From positions 1 to 63,204 of the forward strand of contig JASEIO010000002.1 of NCBI GenBank assembly GCA_030017475.1: a stretch of 63,204 nt of DNA. The letters run 5' to 3'. Shown here piece after piece: positions 16,835 through 27,138 of the stretch. This stretch comes from a bacterium. GTDB lineage: Bacteria > UBA9089 > JASEIO01. A program made the translations under genes and the position numbers. Position 1 is the first letter of the stretch. The number at the start of each line of letters is the position of its first letter. Below the pieces are notes generated by a model. That model was not told the origin of the DNA. It did no database searches and worked only from the letters and a program-made list of their open reading frames with translations.

Positions 16835-18156
16835 TTGTCTTCTACCAATTTAATGGATGGGATATCCAGGATTGAGTTTATAGTTTCTACAAATCCAGGG
16901 AATGAGGTGTCTATACAGTCTACATCACTTACCTTAGTTTCTCCTTTGGCAAGTAATCCAGCAATAACAAGACTCATAGCTGTTCTATGATCTCCAAAGG
17001 ACTCAACCTCTCCCCCTTTAATAGGTCTTCCACCTTGAATTATCATCCCATCTTTTAGCTCCGAAATATCTGCCCCCATTTTCCTAAGCGAAGATACAAT
17101 GGCCGAAATTCGGTCAGTCTCTTTAACCCGAAGTTCCGAAGCACCTGTGATCTTTGTCACGCCATCCGCAAAACACGAGGCTACAGCTATAATAGGGATT
17201 TCATCAATCAATCTTGGGATCTCCTCATTCCCTATACTTACGCCACGGAGTCTACTTTCTTCTACGTAGATATCAGCTATTGGCTCACCACACTCCTCCC
17301 GTATCCCAACTATCTTTATATTTCCACCCATCTTCCGCAGTACATCTATTATTCCAGTCCTGGTCGGATTAATTCCAACATCCCTGAGCCAGAGTGAAGA
17401 ACCTGGAACAAGTGTGGCTAAAACAATTAAAAATGAGGCCGAAGAGATATCCCCAGCAACGGAAATTACCTCTCTTCCCTTTAAATAGGAAGGTCCTTGG
17501 ATAATTACCTTTAATCCATCCCTTTCCAAATTAACCCCCAGATACCGTAACATCCTCTCTGTATGATCACGGGATAGCATGCTCTCTGTAACAGAGGTTT
17601 CACCCCGTGCAAATAAACCAGCAAGCAAGATAGCTGATTTTACCTGAGCAGATGGCAGCTTAGTATGGTAACTAATCGGACGCAAGGCAGGATTCCCCTT
17701 TACAGTAATTGGAGGATAATTCCCATTGGCTCTTCCAAAAAGCGAAGCCCCCATTTTCTGTAATGGTTCAATTACCCTGCGCATGGGCCTCTTTCTTAAA
17801 GATTCGTCCCCTGTTAAAACTGCATAAAAGTCTTGTGCAGCCAATATCCCTAAAATCAACCTCATAGTGGTTCCAGAATTACCTACATCAATTATATCTT
17901 CAGGCTCCCCTAAACCATACAACCCTTTTCCATGAACAACCAGACTTTCTTCATCCCTTTTTGTCTCAATTCCTAAGGCATTAAATGCCTTCAAGGTATT
18001 AAGACAATCCAAGGCAAGGGATGCCCCCTTTATTAAAGTCGTACCTTCTACGAGGGATGAAAGCATAATTGCGCGATGGGTAATAGATTTATCCCCTGGA
18101 ATCTTAATCTCTCCTCGTAACGCGCTATATTCGGGTTTAACTAATAAAGATTTCAT
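16831..18156 (-). CDS. aroA: 3-phosphoshikimate 1-carboxyvinyltransferase (EPSP synthase)
   Basis: PGDKSITHRA and VGNSGTTMRL motifs, 441 aa. Confidence 0.92.
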   Translation of the reverse strand: MKSLLVKPEYSALRGEIKIPGDKSITHRAIMLSSLVEGTTLIKGASLALDCLNTLKAFNALGIETKRDEESLVVHGKGLYGLGEPEDIIDVGNSGTTMRLILGILAAQDFYAVLTGDESLRKRPMRRVIEPLQKMGASLFGRANGNYPPITVKGNPALRPISYHTKLPSAQVKSAILLAGLFARGETSVTESMLSRDHTERMLRYLGVNLERDGLKVIIQGPSYLKGREVISVAGDISSASFLIVLATLVPGSSLWLRDVGINPTRTGIIDVLRKMGGNIKIVGIREECGEPIADIYVEESRLRGVSIGNEEIPRLIDEIPIIAVASCFADGVTKITGASELRVKETDRISAIVSSLRKMGADISELKDGMIIQGGRPIKGGEVESFGDHRTAMSLVIAGLLAKGETKVSDVDCIDTSFPGFVETINSILDIPSIKLVEDK

Positions 18157-19000
18157 CTATCTTCTCTCGCCACTTCTTTGCCCGGGAAAAACCTTCTGTT
18201 AATTGCTCCTTATCACCCCTTGCAATTAGTTGTTCAAAATTGGCTATGATTTCTCTATATTTAGAGAGTACCTTTACAATCACCTCTTTATTACTCAAAC
18301 ATATATCCCGCCAAAGAATAGGATCACTTTCTGCAATTCGGGTAGTATCTTTAAATCCCTTACCTAATAATAAAGGTACATCCTTATGTTTGCAGGTGCT
18401 TACTATCTCAACCAAGGATGAAGCTGCGATGTGTGGGAGATGGGAGGTTATTGCAAGAAGCAAATCATGCTCTTTTGGATCCATCTCTAAGACATGGGAT
18501 CCAATATTCTCCCATAGTGATATTATAACCTGTAGGGCATGCCTATCTGTTTTCCGTGTTGGGGTAAGAACCACAGTGGCATCTAAAAAAAGATCCTCCC
18601 GTGCTGCATCTATACCTCTTTTTTCTGAACCCGAAATGGGATGCCCTCCAACAAAATTTATTGGAAGAAGGTCCATCTCTTCTACAATCTTTTGCTTTGT
18701 TGATCCAACATCGGTTACTATACAACGGGACGGAAGTAAAGGGGAGATTTTAGGAATAATTTCAAATATAACACTTATTGGGGTAGCAACAACCACTATA
18801 TCAACATGCTTTACCCCCGCTGATGTATCAGTAGTTACCCAATCAACAGCACCTAATTCACAAGCCTTTTCAAGACTTTCTCTATTTCTTCCTATGCCTA
18901 TAATCTCCGAAGCAAACCCAGCTTTCTTTAATGCAAGTCCCAAAGACCCACCAATCAAACCTACTCCAATAATTGCCACCCTATCTATTTTCTCCATCAA
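18137..19000 (-). CDS. tyrA: Prephenate dehydrogenase
   Basis: Rossmann motif VAIIGVGLIGGSLGLAL and GGHPISGSE. Located in an aromatic amino-acid gene context. Confidence 0.85.
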   Translation of the reverse strand: MMEKIDRVAIIGVGLIGGSLGLALKKAGFASEIIGIGRNRESLEKACELGAVDWVTTDTSAGVKHVDIVVVATPISVIFEIIPKISPLLPSRCIVTDVGSTKQKIVEEMDLLPINFVGGHPISGSEKRGIDAAREDLFLDATVVLTPTRKTDRHALQVIISLWENIGSHVLEMDPKEHDLLLAITSHLPHIAASSLVEIVSTCKHKDVPLLLGKGFKDTTRIAESDPILWRDICLSNKEVIVKVLSKYREIIANFEQLIARGDKEQLTEGFSRAKKWREKIDEIFIS

Positions 19001-19004
19001 TCTC

Positions 19005-19751
19005 TCAAGTCCTATTTTTTATAAACGGTGAAAGCAAGTCAATGGGGACCGGGAATATCATAGTAGAATTCTTTTCTGTAGCTACTTCAGTCAGGGTTTG
19101 CAAGAATCTGAGTTGCACTGCTGTTGGAGTCCTACTTAGCATTTCTGCTGCCTGGCATAATTTCTCTGATGCCTGGGCTTCTCCTTCGGCATGAATTATC
19201 TTCGCCCTCCGTTCTCGCTCTGCCTCTGCCTGTTTTGCAATTGCCCTTTGCATCCCTTGGGGTAATTCTACATCCTTAATCTCTACCACACTTACCTTGA
19301 TCCCCCATGGATCAGTCTGCTCATCAATAATCTTCTGCAACTCGTGATTGATCTTTTCCCTTTCAGCCAACAATACATCAAGCTCTGCCTGTCCTAAAAC
19401 ACTCCGTAATGTAGTTTGGGCAATTTGAGAGGTGGCCGAGACATAATTGGCTACATTTACAACTGCATTGGTTGGTTCCATTACCCTAAAATAAACCACA
19501 GCATTCACCTTTATAGGGATATTATCACGGGTTATCACCTCTTGAGCAGGGACATCTAAGGTTATGGTCCGCAGTTCCACCTTTACCATCTTATCAATCC
19601 CGAATGGTAGAATAATAAATAAACCAGGTCCTTTTGCTCCAATCAACCTTCCCAATCTAAAGATTACCCCCCTTTCATATTCCTTAACGATCTTTATCAT
19701 TTGTGAACCAAGAAAGAAAAGCACTGCAAGTATAGTTATTAGATATGTCAT
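19005..19751 (-). CDS. SPFH/band-7 (stomatin-like) protein
   Basis: N-terminal TM, then [14 protein letters not shown]...TRDN..V.V.AVVYFRV and the [17 protein letters not shown] coiled coil. Paired with nfeD. Confidence 0.85.
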   Translation of the reverse strand: MTYLITILAVLFFLGSQMIKIVKEYERGVIFRLGRLIGAKGPGLFIILPFGIDKMVKVELRTITLDVPAQEVITRDNIPIKVNAVVYFRVMEPTNAVVNVANYVSATSQIAQTTLRSVLGQAELDVLLAEREKINHELQKIIDEQTDPWGIKVSVVEIKDVELPQGMQRAIAKQAEAERERRAKIIHAEGEAQASEKLCQAAEMLSRTPTAVQLRFLQTLTEVATEKNSTMIFPVPIDLLSPFIKNRT

Positions 19752-19768
19752 ACAAGTACCTCCTTTTT

Positions 19769-21037
19769 TTATTCCTTTACCTTCTCTACATAAACCTTGT
19801 TACCCTTATATTCCAATATCTTCACTCTATCGTCCTTCTTTATCACCTCCCCTAAATTAATTGCATTCCAATATTCCCCTTGACAATAAATTATCCCTTT
19901 CTTCTCAAAGTCTTCCTTGGCATAACCTATTTGACCAATCATTCCCCTTATACCTGTAGCCACCTCTCTTCTTTGAGCCTTTAAGGCAAGAGATATAGCA
20001 AATGCAGAGAAAAGGACTGTGATTATACTCACGGAAATTATGAGTTTTGCTGAGATAGAAAAGATCTGTGTTTTTACATCTATCAACATAAAAGAGCCTA
20101 AGGTAAAGGAGACTATTCCACCAAGGGTTAATATTCCATGACTTGGTATCTTAAAATCTAAGATAAGTAAGATTATTCCTAATAATATTAGTAATAATCC
20201 AGCGATATTTATGGGTAAGGATTGAAAGGAAAAAAAGGCCAAGATTAAGGAGATGCCACCAAATACCCCAGCAAATCCAATACCAGGATTCATAAATTCA
20301 TAGATCAGACCATAGATACCCAATATGAGTAAGATATAAGCAATATTAGGATCAGATATAGTTTGGAGAAATTGACGCCTTACATTCATCTTAATAAACC
20401 TTAGCTCTTTGTCTTTAGTATGCAAAATCTTATCCTTAACTTTTCGCCCATCAAGCTTTTCTAATAGGTCCTGCAAATCGCTTGCAATAAAATCAATAAC
20501 ATGTAACTTCTGAGCCTCATCTGCACCGATAGACACACTTTCTCTTACACATCTTTCAGCCCATCGCATGTTTCGACCTCTTTTTTTACAGATCTCTTTT
20601 ATAAACGCTACGGTGTCATTAACCACCTTTTTCTCTGCATGCTCATCCATCCTCATACCCATTGCCACTGGATGCGCAGCACCGATATTTGTTGTAGGAG
20701 CCATAACTGCAAAATCTGCGGCCATAGTTATAAAAACCCCAGCTGATGCTGCTCTGCCACCTTCTGGAGATACATAAACGACTATAGGAATCTTCGACTG
20801 GAAGAACCTTTTAACAATCGACCTCATAGATTGTTCTAAACCACCCGGTGTATCAAGCTGAATAATAAGTAATTCTGCATTTTCCTCTTCAGATTGGGTA
20901 ATAGCTGAATCAACGAAACTAACTGTGATTGGAGTTATAACCCCTTCTACCTTTATAACATTTATAACCCTATCCTCTTTTGCCTGAAGTAGAGTAGTTA
21001 ATAATATCACCGTAAAGATTGCAAGTCTTTTACCCAT
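19769..21037 (-). CDS. nfeD: NfeD-family membrane-bound serine protease
   Basis: ClpP-like N-domain (IQLDTPGG...AASAG), a central TM bundle and a C-terminal NfeD beta-domain. Start trimmed to ATG 21037, just after the pheA stop. Confidence 0.8.
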   Translation of the reverse strand: MGKRLAIFTVILLTTLLQAKEDRVINVIKVEGVITPITVSFVDSAITQSEEENAELLIIQLDTPGGLEQSMRSIVKRFFQSKIPIVVYVSPEGGRAASAGVFITMAADFAVMAPTTNIGAAHPVAMGMRMDEHAEKKVVNDTVAFIKEICKKRGRNMRWAERCVRESVSIGADEAQKLHVIDFIASDLQDLLEKLDGRKVKDKILHTKDKELRFIKMNVRRQFLQTISDPNIAYILLILGIYGLIYEFMNPGIGFAGVFGGISLILAFFSFQSLPINIAGLLLILLGIILLILDFKIPSHGILTLGGIVSFTLGSFMLIDVKTQIFSISAKLIISVSIITVLFSAFAISLALKAQRREVATGIRGMIGQIGYAKEDFEKKGIIYCQGEYWNAINLGEVIKKDDRVKILEYKGNKVYVEKVKE

Positions 21038-21045
21038 TCCCAAAC

Positions 21046-22107
21046 TTAACCATCCTTTGGATATGATCCCAATACCTTTAAAAAAAGGCACCTCTCTTCT
21101 AAGTCCTTCAATGCCTCCTTTACGTTTTTATCTTTAATATGACCCTGGAGATCTAAAAAAAATACATATTCGAAAGGCTGCCTTTTTGATGGACGGGATT
21201 CAATCTTAGTAAGATTGACCCCATGGCGTGCAAAAGGTTCTAACATCGAATATAAGGCCCCAACCCTATCCTTTACAGAAAAAAGGATGGATGTTTTATC
21301 ATTCGAGGTTTTTTCGGATATATCTTTCCCAATCACTAAAAAGCGAGTTATATTCTTAGGGTTATCTTCAATCCCCTTGGCAATTATTTTCAATCCATAT
21401 ATCTCTGCAGCCAATGTAGAGGCAATTGCTGCTCCATTCTTCTTTTTAGCCGCCATTTTTGCCCCTTCAGAGGTACTTGATACCTCAATACACGGAACTC
21501 CTTTCAAATTACTTTCCAGCCAACCTTTGGTCTGGGAAAAGGCATGAGGATGGGAATAGATTTCAGTAATCTTCGAAAGTTCTGTATTAGAAAGTAGACT
21601 ATGAGAAACCTCTAATAGGATTTCTGAATAGATCTTAAGATCTGAATCAATAAACATATCCAAGGTGTGGGTAACTGCTCCTTCAGTAGAAGACTCTACA
21701 GGAACTACTCCATAATTAGCCCTTCCCTTTTCTACCTCTATAAAAACATCTTGAATACTCCTTTTTGGAACAAACTCAGGTTGTGAACCAAATCTCTCCT
21801 TGGCAGCCAAATGAGTAAAGGTTGCCTCAGGACCTAAATAGGCAACCTTTAAAGGCGCCTCTGCAAACAAACAGGCAGACATAATCTCTCTATATACTGG
21901 AATTATCCCTGAGTGTGGAAAAGGACCTCTGGCTTTTTCTAAAAGTCTCTTATACACCTCTTTTTCACGTGGAGGGTTATATGTAGCCAAACCTTTTTTG
22001 CGTTTTGCCTCTTTAATCTTTAAAACAACCTCTACCCGCTTATTCAAAAGGGAAAGTATCTCCTCATCAATTCTATCTATTTCGTCTCTCAATTCCTTTA
22101 AACCCAT
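21046..22107 (-). CDS. pheA: Bifunctional chorismate mutase / prephenate dehydratase
   Basis: N-terminal CM helix (LRDEIDRIDEEILSLLNKR), a PDT domain (NITRFLVIG) and an ACT domain (ESRPSKRQPFEYVFF). Confidence 0.9.
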   Translation of the reverse strand: MGLKELRDEIDRIDEEILSLLNKRVEVVLKIKEAKRKKGLATYNPPREKEVYKRLLEKARGPFPHSGIIPVYREIMSACLFAEAPLKVAYLGPEATFTHLAAKERFGSQPEFVPKRSIQDVFIEVEKGRANYGVVPVESSTEGAVTHTLDMFIDSDLKIYSEILLEVSHSLLSNTELSKITEIYSHPHAFSQTKGWLESNLKGVPCIEVSSTSEGAKMAAKKKNGAAIASTLAAEIYGLKIIAKGIEDNPKNITRFLVIGKDISEKTSNDKTSILFSVKDRVGALYSMLEPFARHGVNLTKIESRPSKRQPFEYVFFLDLQGHIKDKNVKEALKDLEERCLFLKVLGSYPKDG

Positions 22108-22125
22108 CTTCCCTCCTATTTCAAG

Positions 22126-23037
22126 TTAATAGGATCTATTTATAATTTTATATTCTACCCTGTTTATATCTCTGTGTTTTACCATCAAATTTACCTTTTG
22201 TGCCCTCTCTTTTATAAAACGGGCCAAACTGTTGACTATGGTTACCGACCTATGTGTCCCTCCAGTACAACCAATAGCTATAGTAAGGTAGGATTTCCCT
22301 TCCTCAATATACTGAGGGATAAGAAATTCAATTAGATTTAAAAATCTATCCATAAATCTTTGAGTAAGTTCATTATCCATTACATAATCAACTACCTTCT
22401 TATCTTCACCATTTAAGGATCTTAAATCATCTATATAATGAGGATTGGGAAGGAATCTTACATCAAAAACAAGATCGGCATCCTTAGGAATTCCATATTT
22501 ATATCCAAAGGATAATATAGTAAGGGTCATCTTTTCCTTAGATAGATCCACAAAATGTTCTTTTAAGGCATCTCTAAGCTGACGAGGGGTGAGGCTTGAT
22601 GTGTCTATTATTAAATCTGCCCTTTCTCTTATCTCTGTTAATCTTCTCCGCTCCAGTCCTATAGCCTCTTCTAAGGAGATATTAGATGAAGACAATGGAT
22701 GTCTTCTTCTTGTTTCTATAAAACGTTTAAGCAACACCTCCTCAGATGCCTCTAAAAATAAGATTCTATATTCAATTCCACTTTGAGAAAGGGTTGACAA
22801 GGAATTAAATAGTTCATTAAAAAACCCACCTCCTCTTATATCAATAACCAAGGCAATTTCTGTACCCTTTTGCTTTGATTTAAAAATGAGTTCAGAAAAT
22901 TCAGGAATTAATATGGGAGGTAGATTATCAACACAGAAAAAGCCAATGTCTTCAAAATATCTAACAGCTTGTGATTTTCCAGCTCCAGATAAACCAGTAA
23001 TAATAACAAATCTAACCTTTCTCTTTCTCATTTCCAC
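22126..23037 (-). CDS. rapZ: RNase adapter protein RapZ (YvcJ family)
   Basis: ITGLSGAGKS P-loop, FCVDNLP and the IGCTGGTHRSV motif. Confidence 0.9.
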   Translation of the reverse strand: MEMRKRKVRFVIITGLSGAGKSQAVRYFEDIGFFCVDNLPPILIPEFSELIFKSKQKGTEIALVIDIRGGGFFNELFNSLSTLSQSGIEYRILFLEASEEVLLKRFIETRRRHPLSSSNISLEEAIGLERRRLTEIRERADLIIDTSSLTPRQLRDALKEHFVDLSKEKMTLTILSFGYKYGIPKDADLVFDVRFLPNPHYIDDLRSLNGEDKKVVDYVMDNELTQRFMDRFLNLIEFLIPQYIEEGKSYLTIAIGCTGGTHRSVTIVNSLARFIKERAQKVNLMVKHRDINRVEYKIINRSY

Positions 23038-23965
23038 CCACTTTCATCCATTTCAATAATCTTCTATTCAGTTCTTTTGCTGAATGATATCCCATCTTTT
23101 TTAATCTATGATTCATAGCTGCTATCTCAGTAATAACTGCAATATTCCTTCCAGGTCTAACAGGAATCGATACCTGAGGGATCTTAACATCTAAGATTTC
23201 GAACTCAGAGTCCTTTAATCCTAATCTGTCGTATTCCTTACTACTGTTCCATTCTTCTAAATTTATTACCAAATCAATCTCCTTTGAATCACAAATAGAT
23301 GAGACCCCAAATAGATCTTCAATTGATATAACTCCTAATCCCCTAACCTCCATATGATGTTTGATTAATTCCGAAGATGTCCCTATTAATTTATTATCAG
23401 AGGTTTTTTTAATATCCACAATATCATCTGCTACCACCCTATGTCCCCTTTCTAAGAGCTCTAAGGCACATTCTGACTTTCCTATCCCTGACTCTCCAAG
23501 GAGTAAAGTCCCAACACCATAAACATCAACAAGACCTGCATGCATGGTGGTTGTTGGAGCGAATCTATCTTCTAAATAATGATGGAGTTTACTAATTAAC
23601 CGAGTTGTTATGAGTGGAGAACGCAACAGAACCGTTCCACTTTTCTTAGCCAATTCGATCAACTCTGGAAAAGGCTTTTGACCTCTGGCAATTATTAAAC
23701 AAGGAATCTTATAGCTAAACATCTTAGAGAATATTTTACTTCGTTCTTCAACAGAAAGCCCTCTTAAATACGACATCTCAGTCTTTCCAAATACCTGAAT
23801 CCTTTTATATGCAAAATAGTTCCAATATCCAGCTAAGGCTAATTGGGGTCTATTAACATCCGTAGTCGCAACCTTTCTTTCTAACCCTTTTCCCCCAGAA
23901 ATAATGCGTAGTTTTAACCCATGAGTTTTATCATTTAATATTTCATTTATTGAAATATTACCCAT
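23012..23965 (-). CDS. hprK: HPr kinase/phosphorylase
   Basis: LLLGESGIGKSECALELLERGHRVVADD Walker A context and the HprK C-domain. Confidence 0.9.
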   Translation of the reverse strand: MGNISINEILNDKTHGLKLRIISGGKGLERKVATTDVNRPQLALAGYWNYFAYKRIQVFGKTEMSYLRGLSVEERSKIFSKMFSYKIPCLIIARGQKPFPELIELAKKSGTVLLRSPLITTRLISKLHHYLEDRFAPTTTMHAGLVDVYGVGTLLLGESGIGKSECALELLERGHRVVADDIVDIKKTSDNKLIGTSSELIKHHMEVRGLGVISIEDLFGVSSICDSKEIDLVINLEEWNSSKEYDRLGLKDSEFEILDVKIPQVSIPVRPGRNIAVITEIAAMNHRLKKMGYHSAKELNRRLLKWMKVGGNEKEKG

Positions 23966-23975
23966 CCCTTCATTA

Positions 23976-23997
23976 ACCTCTCGTTTTGGTCATTAGA
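23976..23997. repeat. TTYGGTCATTNGRATTT motif, copy 1
   Basis: TTTTGGTCATTAGAATTT compares with TTTTGGTCATTGGAATTT (41835-41856) and TTTCGGTCATTCGGATTT (52456-52477). All three lie upstream of minus-strand genes. Confidence 0.5.
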
Positions 23998-24012
23998 ATT
24001 TTCTGTGCTCTG

Positions 24013-24480
24013 TCATAGGTACTCCTCATCTTCTTTTTCAATTAACTCTAAAACGCGGGAGGGGCTATCAGCCTTCTTAAGCAATTCTCGAAAATATCTG
24101 TTCTTCAGGAGTCTTGAAATCTTCGCTAAAATCTTTATATGGGCACCACTCCTCCCATGCTCTGGAACTAATAACAAAAATATAAGATATACAGGCTCTC
24201 CATCTAAGGCATTAAAGTCAACACCTTCTTTTGACCGGCCAAAACATGCAACGATACTCTTTACCTCTTTTGACTTAGCGTGAGGAATAGCAATTCCATT
24301 TCCAACCCCTGTCGAGATTAATTCTTCCCGAGCAATAAGTACCCTCATCGCCTCTTCTTTATTTAAAACCTTCCCAGCTTTCACAAGTAGATCAACTAGC
24401 TCATTAAGTACTCCAATTTTATCCTTTGCCTTTAAGTCCACATTGATCAAATCTTTACTTAAAATATCAACCAATCTCAT
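24013..24480 (-). CDS. ptsN: PTS EIIA-Ntr type regulatory protein PtsN
   Basis: EIIA type-2 fold with the GNGIAIPHAK active-site His. Located in the hpf-ptsN-hprK-rapZ context. Confidence 0.8.
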   Translation of the reverse strand: MRLVDILSKDLINVDLKAKDKIGVLNELVDLLVKAGKVLNKEEAMRVLIAREELISTGVGNGIAIPHAKSKEVKSIVACFGRSKEGVDFNALDGEPVYLIFLLLVPEHGRSGAHIKILAKISRLLKNRYFRELLKKADSPSRVLELIEKEDEEYL

Positions 24481-24559
24481 CTACACCTCCAGAACAAATT
24501 CGAGCGAAGCTCGTTACCAAGGAATTCTGTAAAAATTCTTTGGATTTTTGTGTGATTCC

Positions 24560-25075
24560 TTAGGGTTCAATCAATCCAAAGTTACCAGCCTTCCTTTTGT
24601 AAATTACGTTTATCTTGGCAGTCTCTGAATTTTCAAATACTATAAAATTCCGATTCAACAAATCCATTTGCATCACTACTTCTTCAATAGACATAGGCTT
24701 AATAACAATCTTCCTTGTCTTTATTATTGTTGGGTGTTCCACCTTTTCAAGAGAGATAATTTTTTCTACACCTCTCCTATACCTTTTTTTTCGAGATCTA
24801 AATTTCTCCTTATATCTCTTTAATTGCCTTTCTATCTTATCCACTACCTGGTCAATAGAGGCATACATGTCCGTTGTCTCTTTTTCTGCTTGAATAGAAA
24901 ACCTATCGCCAATTAGCTTCACTTCTGCTTTGTGTCTCGATTTTTCAATATCTAAAGTTATTTGAACATCCTTTATCTTTGGAAAATATTTAACAACCTT
25001 TTTTAACTTCTTCTCTGCATAGTCTTGTAAAGAAGGAGTTACCTCCATATGGCGTGAAGTGAGATTAATTTTCAT
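24560..25075 (-). CDS. hpf: Ribosome hibernation promoting factor (long form)
   Basis: MKINLTSRHMEVTPSLQDYAEKKL...VYKRKAGNFGLIEP matches long HPF, with an S30AE N-domain and a dimerisation C-domain. Confidence 0.85.
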   Translation of the reverse strand: MKINLTSRHMEVTPSLQDYAEKKLKKVVKYFPKIKDVQITLDIEKSRHKAEVKLIGDRFSIQAEKETTDMYASIDQVVDKIERQLKRYKEKFRSRKKRYRRGVEKIISLEKVEHPTIIKTRKIVIKPMSIEEVVMQMDLLNRNFIVFENSETAKINVIYKRKAGNFGLIEP

Positions 25076-25108
25076 ATTACCCCCTAAAGAACATTCTGTA
25101 ATTATGAA

Positions 25109-25846
25109 TTAATTAAGAGTTTGTCCAAGGGTGAATTTCTCTCCTAAATAGATCTTCCTTGCCTTTTCATCTTTGACTAAAACATCTGATGTTCCAGAAA
25201 TAAGGATCTCTCCCTGATACATAATATAGGCCCTGTCAGTTATCTCTAATGTCTCTCGAACTTGATGATCTGTAATTAAAATCCCTAATCCTTTTTCTCT
25301 AAGTTTTATAATGATTTCTTGAATATCAAGAACAGTAATTGGATCAACTCCTAAGAATGGTTCGTCTAAAAGCATAAAGCGAGGAGAGGTAATTAAAGCC
25401 CTGGCGATTTCTGTCCGTCTTCTTTCTCCTCCAGATAAGGTATAGGCTTTCTGTTTGGCTAAATACGAGATATTTAATTCCCGAAGTAAAGAGTTTAATT
25501 TACGACTCCTCTCTTCTTTAGTTAATTCCATGGTTTCTAAAATTGCCAATATATTTTCTTCCACAGTAAGCCGCTGGAATACACTAGGCTCTTGAGAAAG
25601 ATAGCCAATACCGGCACGCGCTCGTTTGTACATTGGCAAATCTGTGATATCCTTTTCCCCAAGTAAAACACGTCCCTTATTTGGGGAGATTAAACCAACT
25701 ATCATATAGAAGGTAGTTGTTTTTCCAGCACCATTTGGTCCTAACAAACCTACAATTTCTCCTTGACGAAGCGCGAGATCTGCTTTGTTTACCACAACTC
25801 TGGTCTTATACCTCTTTACTAACCCTTCTGTTCTTAAAACAACCAT
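25109..25846 (-). CDS. lptB: LPS export ABC transporter ATP-binding protein LptB
   Basis: [17 protein letters not shown] and LLDEPF motifs. Located downstream of lptC-lptA. Start trimmed to ATG 25846, behind GAGAGGAG. Confidence 0.88.
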   Translation of the reverse strand: MVVLRTEGLVKRYKTRVVVNKADLALRQGEIVGLLGPNGAGKTTTFYMIVGLISPNKGRVLLGEKDITDLPMYKRARAGIGYLSQEPSVFQRLTVEENILAILETMELTKEERSRKLNSLLRELNISYLAKQKAYTLSGGERRRTEIARALITSPRFMLLDEPFLGVDPITVLDIQEIIIKLREKGLGILITDHQVRETLEITDRAYIMYQGEILISGTSDVLVKDEKARKIYLGEKFTLGQTLN

Positions 25847-25886
25847 TCTTTCTCCTCTCAAGAGGCATTAGTCTTTAGAATTGGTA

Positions 25887-26543
25887 TTATCTCTCCTCTT
25901 CCTTTGGAGTGATTGTTGCTTTTACATTTCCAACAACCTCCATCTTCACCTCTTCAGGATAATATATTATCTTATCTCCAGAAAACCTATTTCCCTCTTT
26001 AGTGACTTCTACTTCTGGATTACAGGTTAAAATCACCTTTTTCCCAATCTCCAAATATTCTGAAACCCCACAACGTAAAGACATATCTTCTTTAAGGATC
26101 ACAACCTCACCTGTTGCTATACACCTTTTATCCCGATTGAACCTCTCCATCTTTTTGGAAGTAACAACCAAATTATCTTTTGGGACTACTAAGCGAGGTG
26201 AGTCTGTAACTGCAACATATTCCCGCTCTCTGAAATATTCAAGATGCCCACCAGTAATCACTAAGTCCGATTCCTTATCTCGAATCGAAACATTTCCATC
26301 TGCAATGATTTTCGTAAATTCACCCAATTTACCGTAAGCTCTGATTTCCTCTGCTGCAATCTCAGTTTTTCCAGAAGTTGCCACTACTCGCCCAGTCAAT
26401 ATAGTTACTTCTCGTTTCTTGTCCAAGATAGCGTTATCCGCTGTAATAACAATTGATTCCTTTACAGTTAGTTCTTTCTCTTCCCCTAAAACCCCGAAAA
26501 CCAGTAAAGCCACTAGTATAATTGAGATATAAAATACTCGCAT
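25887..26543 (-). CDS. lptA: LptA/OstA-like periplasmic LPS transport protein
   Basis: Signal peptide, a beta-jellyroll-type repetitive sequence, and a position between lptC and lptB. Confidence 0.65.
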   Translation of the reverse strand: MRVFYISIILVALLVFGVLGEEKELTVKESIVITADNAILDKKREVTILTGRVVATSGKTEIAAEEIRAYGKLGEFTKIIADGNVSIRDKESDLVITGGHLEYFREREYVAVTDSPRLVVPKDNLVVTSKKMERFNRDKRCIATGEVVILKEDMSLRCGVSEYLEIGKKVILTCNPEVEVTKEGNRFSGDKIIYYPEEVKMEVVGNVKATITPKEEER

Positions 26544-26555
26544 TTCATCCTTTCT

Positions 26556-27110
26556 TTATGAATCTGGTCTAACAACCATCCTCACTTCCTTGAGGGTTAT
26601 TGTCTCTTTTTCTGGATCTACCTCTAAATCCCTTCCTGAGATTGCAACGTTGTCTTTCGTAAAATTAACCCGGCTTCGAGTAGATATTACCCCTTTTTTA
26701 GCACACCAAACCAATGAGTCAGTCTTAAGGAGCGCGCCATCCGCTGTTTCCACTAAAACCGCCCCTTCTACATTTATATCCTTTGTTTCTTTTTCTATAT
26801 TTCCTTTATCTGCGGTTATAATCAAATAGGATTCATCTTTTGCCCCGAAGGCACGTTCTGGGTGAAAGAACTTAACCCTAACCTCTTTTAACCTTATCTC
26901 TTTTTGGTAAATATCTGCTTTGGAAGCATTTAACTCCCACTTTTTCTCTCCTTTATTTGTCTCTATCAAATGGAACCCTTTTATCTCTAAAGAAGGCTTA
27001 GAAGAGATAGAAGAATTCAAATATGCTGGCTTCGAACCAGATTTAAAAAAAAGGAAGATTATTCCAAAGATTATAGCTATTAAACATCCAAATACCCATC
27101 TTTTCATCAC
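26556..27110 (-). CDS. lptC: LptC-like membrane-anchored LPS export protein
   Basis: N-terminal TM anchor, about 180 aa, immediately upstream of lptA-lptB. Confidence 0.6.
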   Translation of the reverse strand: MMKRWVFGCLIAIIFGIIFLFFKSGSKPAYLNSSISSKPSLEIKGFHLIETNKGEKKWELNASKADIYQKEIRLKEVRVKFFHPERAFGAKDESYLIITADKGNIEKETKDINVEGAVLVETADGALLKTDSLVWCAKKGVISTRSRVNFTKDNVAISGRDLEVDPEKETITLKEVRMVVRPDS

Positions 27111-27120
27111 ACATTCCGAT

Positions 27121-27138
27121 TTATAGCTTATAGCTTAT
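27121..27138. repeat. AAGCTRTAAG-family half element (direct tandem)
   Basis: TTATAGCTTATAGCTTAT encodes the last codons (ISYKL) and the stop of trpS. It is near-identical to the cmk 3' end (ISYKI). Confidence 0.6.

Noticed and set aside
18240-19031. 263-aa plus-strand ORF
   Set aside because: It lies entirely antisense to the well-supported tyrA gene. It has low-complexity Ser/Ile-rich composition, no SD and no family resemblance. It is a typical shadow ORF.
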